The notes under the pieces: generated by a model
Told to the model about the DNA's origin: nothing
Database searches by the model: none
Seen by the model: the letters and a program-made list of their open reading frames with translations, nothing else
Translations under genes and position numbers: made by a program
In this document: positions 24,601 through 30,600 of the stretch, in pieces
How positions within the stretch are numbered: position 1 is the stretch's first letter
How the letters are laid out: each line of letters opens with the position of its first letter
NCBI GenBank assembly: GCA_903843285.1
Contig: CAIMPC010000057.1
Span: 6,456 to 70,455 of the forward strand
DNA from: Candidatus Omnitrophota bacterium
GTDB lineage: Bacteria; Omnitrophota; Gorgyraeia; 2-01-FULL-45-10
Direction: 5' to 3'
Length of the DNA stretch: 64,000 bases

Positions 24601-27600
24601 CACTCGGCTAATTTGGCTTCGCAATTCTCCTCTATATAATTTCTTAACTCTTTTACTTCCGCGTCTGATTCAACCTTAAGCAATATAGGCTGTCCATTAC
24701 CCAGTCTTTTATTCAACCTTTCGGCCAGCATAGTCCATTTATCTTCCCTCGTCTTAAAACCCGTATGCCCTGCGCTCTTATCCAGAGTCTGGGACAAACC
24801 GGCTATAGTCCTGACCTCTTTGCCGGGGTATATGCTCTCAAAACGTTTCGCCTCCATAGTTCCACTGGCGCCGGCGTAGTCGGTAATGAGATCTCTATTC
24901 TTCTCAAACTGTTCTATCGTCATCGACGCAAGCGTATATGTCTCTGGGCTAACTTCATCTACACCTGCCATTATCTCTATGGCCTGCTGTAACCCCTCAC
25001 CAAAATTCATTCCTACTTTCTTCGCGCCCGTATGTTCATCTCGAACATATACTTTGCCGTCTTCAAAATAGTACTGAACACCTATCGAATAAAAAAGATG
25101 GGCTTTAAGGGCATCTATCGCGAAATTCTCCGAGTTTTGATTAATCAGCTCGGCAAGCTTCGGGTTATCTTTTGCATATTTACCTACGGCATTTCTGAGG
25201 GCGCCATGAGCTTTATCGGTCAGGGATACTTCCTTGGAACCCTCCGGCACATAAAACATACTCTTGTCCGTTAGTAGCGTGTCCCTGACTATTTCGTCTA
25301 TGGCCCTTCGTACAACTATTCTATCCTGCCAATCCTCTAACTTATCGCCCGAGATTACGCAGGGGGTAGCTGAGCCAAACACCAGCATTAGATCGGTCTC
25401 GTCACTCAGTGAGAAATATTTATGGTTATTCATAGCCTTTCGACCGATGCCGAGGCTCTCTTTCAGATGACGATGAACGAACCTGTCCCACTTCCCATAT
25501 ATAATGGCGCATCTATCAAAGACCTCGTCTGCCGTAGTCTCTTTTCTGACGCCATTCTCAAATATAACGCCCATTTCTTCGACCTTACCATCATCTGTAA
25601 CGTGCGGAAGTATAAACCCAGTGACAACATCCTCCCCGCAACGGCTCAATACATCTCCGATATTATCCTTTTCCATGGCCTGCGTGGTCAGCGCATCTTC
25701 GTGTGTCTTTATAATTACCCTTTCGCCCCTCTCTCTGAATCTCGATAGCGCCGCTCCAGCTAAAGTGATAGTCTTGCCACCGCCCGTCCTTAATTCTGTA
25801 AATCTGCCTTCCTTTAGCTCCCTCATTGCCTCGATCTGACCGGGCCTGTAATTAGAATATCCTGTTTCTTGAAGTAATCTGGTTTCGATTTCGTTAGGGG
25901 TTAATTCGATGGGCTTTACGGCCTCTGGAATGATTTCTTTCGGTTGCGCTTTAGCTTTAGGCGGGGCAAGGATACGAGCGGTGGTTCTTTGGGCATTCAA
26001 TAATAACCTCGCGATCCCGTCATAAAGCTTGATGCCGGCTATAACAAGTCCTGCCATAGCTGTACCTATCGCCGTGGCTAGCGGGAAGTAGCTTATCACC
26101 GCGCCAATGCTCGTAACTAACGGCGCGGCCACTAACGCTAACACAGCCAGACCTGCGGCGCCGAACAATACGAGGCCGACATTACCAAATCCCCTATCGC
26201 CCCTGCCTCGGCTTCTTGAAATGTAACGACCAGGCGTTCGTGCGGGAGTTTGCTTTGCCCTGAGTGCTTGCACAGCCTTAACCGCAAAGAACGGTAGAAG
26301 CAATAAAGCAATTGATGTAATCCACGTAACGGCACTAATGAAGGATAGAGTCCAGCGTTGATTGAGATATGCGATGCTGAGATTCTTAAGCGGCACATTT
26401 ATACGTAATACTTCTTTATAGAATTTGCCTTCAGCTTCAAACGTAGCCCTCTCAAATGACGGAAGATCTCTAAAGATCTCTGTAAGATACCCGAGAAGTT
26501 TCAGATATAACTCTCCATAGCCTTTGGCAACATCTCCCCTTCTATGGTGTACGGACTCGTGGACCAGAACCCCTATATTACTTACCGTACTGTTCTCTTT
26601 TCGTAGCTCTATCTTCGCTCCACGCGGGTCTTTAGCTATCCATCCGAAGAAACTGTCACCGCTCGTAGCCCCGGAAAACCAGTTAGTGCTTACCAGTAAT
26701 ATGGCTACATTATTTTTCTCGAGGTATAAGTAGGTTTCCGGATCGAATACCGATGTGGCAAAAAGAATCTTTTGGAGTTCTTTGTTCGACTTAGATTTTA
26801 TGTAATTTGGCAGGCTTGCCTTATCAACATTTTCCCATACGCTACTGACAATGTCGCTAAACTTCTCGATTCTATTTTGTGGCATATTTCTAAGGCTAAA
26901 ATCATCATTATCTCTCAACACGAGTGTGCCGTTCACTATAGCTGAACTGAGAAGTAGCGGATCGGCAGAGGTATCGCCTTTGATCTTAAACTTTTTGGCG
27001 ATATCCTGAAAATAGTCCTTATTTGCCATATCTGCGAAGTATTTATTTGCGGCGTCGCTGAGCTTCTTCTGATCGAGGGCAAACTGACCCGAAGAGATCG
27101 GAATGTTCGCCTTTGATTCATCGTGACTAAGAACGGTTTCTTTGGAAATTGCCGTAGGCGTGGCTTCGACTTCGCCGATCTGTGTCTTTTCGCGCGTAGG
27201 GCCTGCCATCGCTTTGGCGGTATTATAAGAGGAAGCTACTTGGGAGGTTGAACCGCAACCGGAGATAAAAAGTGTCGCTCCGATAACCATAGCAAGAAGT
27301 AGGGTATGGGACTGTTGCGAAATGCCAAATTCCGCGTCATTCTGAAGCGAAGGGGCCGAAGGGTGAAGTAAAGAGCGTCCGTCATCCTGACGAGCAGAGC
27401 GAGGAAGGATCTCGTTTTTAGATTCTTCGGTCGACCGTTGGCCTTCCTCAGAATGACGGAAGTTGTCTTTCGCAACAGTCCCCGGATTGAGAGCTGTGCG
27501 CTCAAAAGTAGCGACTTTCTCATCAATGTATTCTTTTGTCCGGGCTTCCAATTCTAATTTAGTCTTAAGTTCTTCAGCAGTACTAGGCGGATCTGCTATC

Positions 27601-30600
27601 CAATCTCGTAGATGTAAATACTCGTCTTCACGTATACTAAATAACTGTGGGGATTGAGATGACTTGGCTAATTTATCAAGCAGATCCAAAATATTTTCCA
27701 ACCTTTTTAGATTGCTATCAATTTTAGTAAAATAATCAGAGTCATCCACAAAGCTTATATCTGCGTAGCCTATAAGAACAGCTAGGGCGTTGGGTACATC
27801 ATAATATGATTTGCCCAGCTTATTAAGCGACTTATACAACGCTTTTTTATATCTGGGTAAGTCTTCAGACACAACCTTCTCTCTTACAGGTATACCCCTT
27901 ACTATAAGAAGTATTTTATCTTTATAAACGTTCATTTCTTTTAGTAATTTTTCTATTTCCTCCGCCTTTTTCTTGCCATCCCGTTTTTCCAGTGCTAATC
28001 TTATGTCCCCCACTACTTTACGCATGTCTAACACGGGTTCTCGCAGATCCTTAACTAATCCCCGTGCCAACTCTCGCAAACTATCAACTTCTGCGGCCTC
28101 TTTCGATACTGTCTGACTCGAAGATGGCGGCAATTTCACCTCTGGCGCCGATGGTTCTCCTGCCGCTGATACAGACGCTCCTACGAGCACAGGCGCTGGG
28201 GCAATAGGTGTAACCGGTACAGGGGCTTCGACCGACACCGGCGCCGCCGAGGTAACTGTCTGAACAGAAACTAACGGCTGTATTACCGGTGACTCCACAA
28301 CCACGTTAAAGTCAGTTGCTCCAAATACGGAACCGCACATAGTCATTTCTACTAATCTCGCAACACCATCAGGCGTCATCGCCGCACCCTGAGGGAACTG
28401 AGATGTCGGCGCGATCTTTCCGTCACCAATGCCAAGCTCTTTTTTTACAGCAGACTTAACGCTTTCCTTATCATTACCATTTATGCCTTTTCTCCTGGCA
28501 ACCCTATTAAATTCTTCATCGAAATTACCTTTAGCCTTGGCCCGATTCATCGTCTCTGCGATATCGACTGCGACCGAGTGGAGTACTAGGTTACGCGTAG
28601 CCTGGTTAGAATTCTCGAGCTCAGCCAGGCGATCTTCCACCGTCTTAAGATTAGATATTTTCTTACCGTTACCGGATTTTGAAATTAGATATTCTTCTAT
28701 CTCGCGGCTCGTCGACGGTCTCGTCTTAATATTTGCTATATTGCCATCCTTATCACGCTCTGCCGAAACCGTGGTGTATATAAAATCTGCCTGATCGGCC
28801 ATCGTCTTAGTCTCGATGGCTACATCTTCGGCCTTTATAATGCCCTTAGCCCTAAGCTCTTCGTAGGCATTCCGATAACTCTGAATCCAGAGCTTCTTCA
28901 CGCTCTCGACATCCTTCTTCTCCATCACCGCCTGGGCGAGGCTCGTGGCTACTATATCCTGTATGAAAGACGTCACCTTTCCGGGATTCGCCGCTTCGTC
29001 GCCGAGATACTTATCCGTAGCTACCTGATACTTGCCGCTATCTATCAGATCCGAATAAGGCTCGGTCTTATTAGTCAATATCGCTACATACGGCCTCTCG
29101 CCCTTAGATGCGTCAAACTTCGGCAGGATTACTATGTAAGATGTCTTACTCTTTCTTAGCAGTTCTGTGATGCCCTGCGAGTGATAACCACCGGTGATGA
29201 GCGCCGCCACATTCTGCCGGCGATCCTTCATGGTCGCGATCGTATTGGCCAGTATGGTGTGGTTTCTCTTCTCGGCCGTCTTATAGAAATCCAGCGCCAC
29301 AGGCACATCATTAAATATCTTCTCGAGGTCATATCCTGCGCCGATGGTGACGTTATATTTGATGGAGGCATCGCGTATGAAAGACGCCACAGAAGTAGCA
29401 TTGCAACGATCAATATTTGTAGCGAGGTATCCGAAGTCGCCGTTAGTGAGCTTAAGATCAAACAGGTCTTTTACGAACTCCACGCACTTCATAATATCGT
29501 AAAGTTTCCGCTGGTCATCGCCGGTAAATAACTTCTCTTTTATCTGGTCCTCAAAATTCTTCACTTCTTCAAATATAGCGGTGAGGTCTATGGACTCATA
29601 CAGGGTGATATAGTCGGTGTAGGCTATCAGATTCTTATATGGCTCGGCGTCGATGTGGACTCTCTCTGCCTCTTCCTGCAGGAAGACATAATATTCACTG
29701 TTAGAGATCTTGCCCGTTTTAAACGACAGAGACTTCAGGACTATCTGCTCGAGGTCCTGCTTGGCAGCCTTTTTGCTCAGTGCATCTATAAGCGCATCTC
29801 TCTCCTTATTCGCCCTGTCAAAGCTTATCGTCTTCTCGAGCTTCAGCGACTCTACCAGTTTCGTCAGATTTTCAAAATTCTTATAGTCGACGCCGGTCTT
29901 TGCGGCCAACTCCCTCACCAGGGCCCATCTCTGGGTAAAGGTGATCTTACCATTCTTGTGAAGAACTGAATTTGTGGTAAGATCCTTTAGTTCCTGGGAA
30001 TAGATCTTATCACGAAGGCCGGCCAATGCAGTAAGCAGGTTATCGATATCGCCCTTAATCTCGTTATTTGCTTTATATACAGCCCTGAACTGATCGAGGT
30101 TCTCCCGGTATAGCGGCTTATTTTCTATACCGTATAGGGCGATAGACTTATTGGATGTGATAGCGAAAAATTCGCCTGCTGATAATTTACCGGCGCCCAT
30201 GAAGTGCCTGGCCGTATTCTTTTTAATATTATCGTCAGGGAATGTCCTGAGGATGGATGTATCGACATAGCCCGAAGATCCTTCTATGGCTACGAGATTG
30301 ATGTCATAATTTGTTACCAGCGAATCGAGGACGGAAGCTATCGATTCCTGGGCACCGAGTGACGCGTGGGCATCCTGGATATTGATGATCGTCCTGTCGC
30401 CGGGCGCGGTGTAGACTTCTTTCGTTACAGCGACGTCTTTGGGGACGTTAATGGGGCTATTTACATTGACGGGAGTCTTAAAATTCGGGGTGGCATTCTG
30501 AGCCTTTGACCATATGGGCGAGCCATTCTGCGCCCAGATAAGATCTTGATTTACAAATGTAACGACGAGGAGAATCGCTATCGAGCGTATCCAGATCTTA

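Noticed and set aside
24050-25870. Housekeeping secA gene mis-fused by assembly
   Set aside because: The frame is continuous on both sides, the motifs are divergent, and the normal SecA N- and C-terminal regions are not recognisable. Long-read confirmation is still needed.
876-29969. Dozens of plus-strand and short alternate-frame ORFs overlapping the giant gene
   Set aside because: Antisense or frame shadows of a long coding region, with no recognisable motifs.
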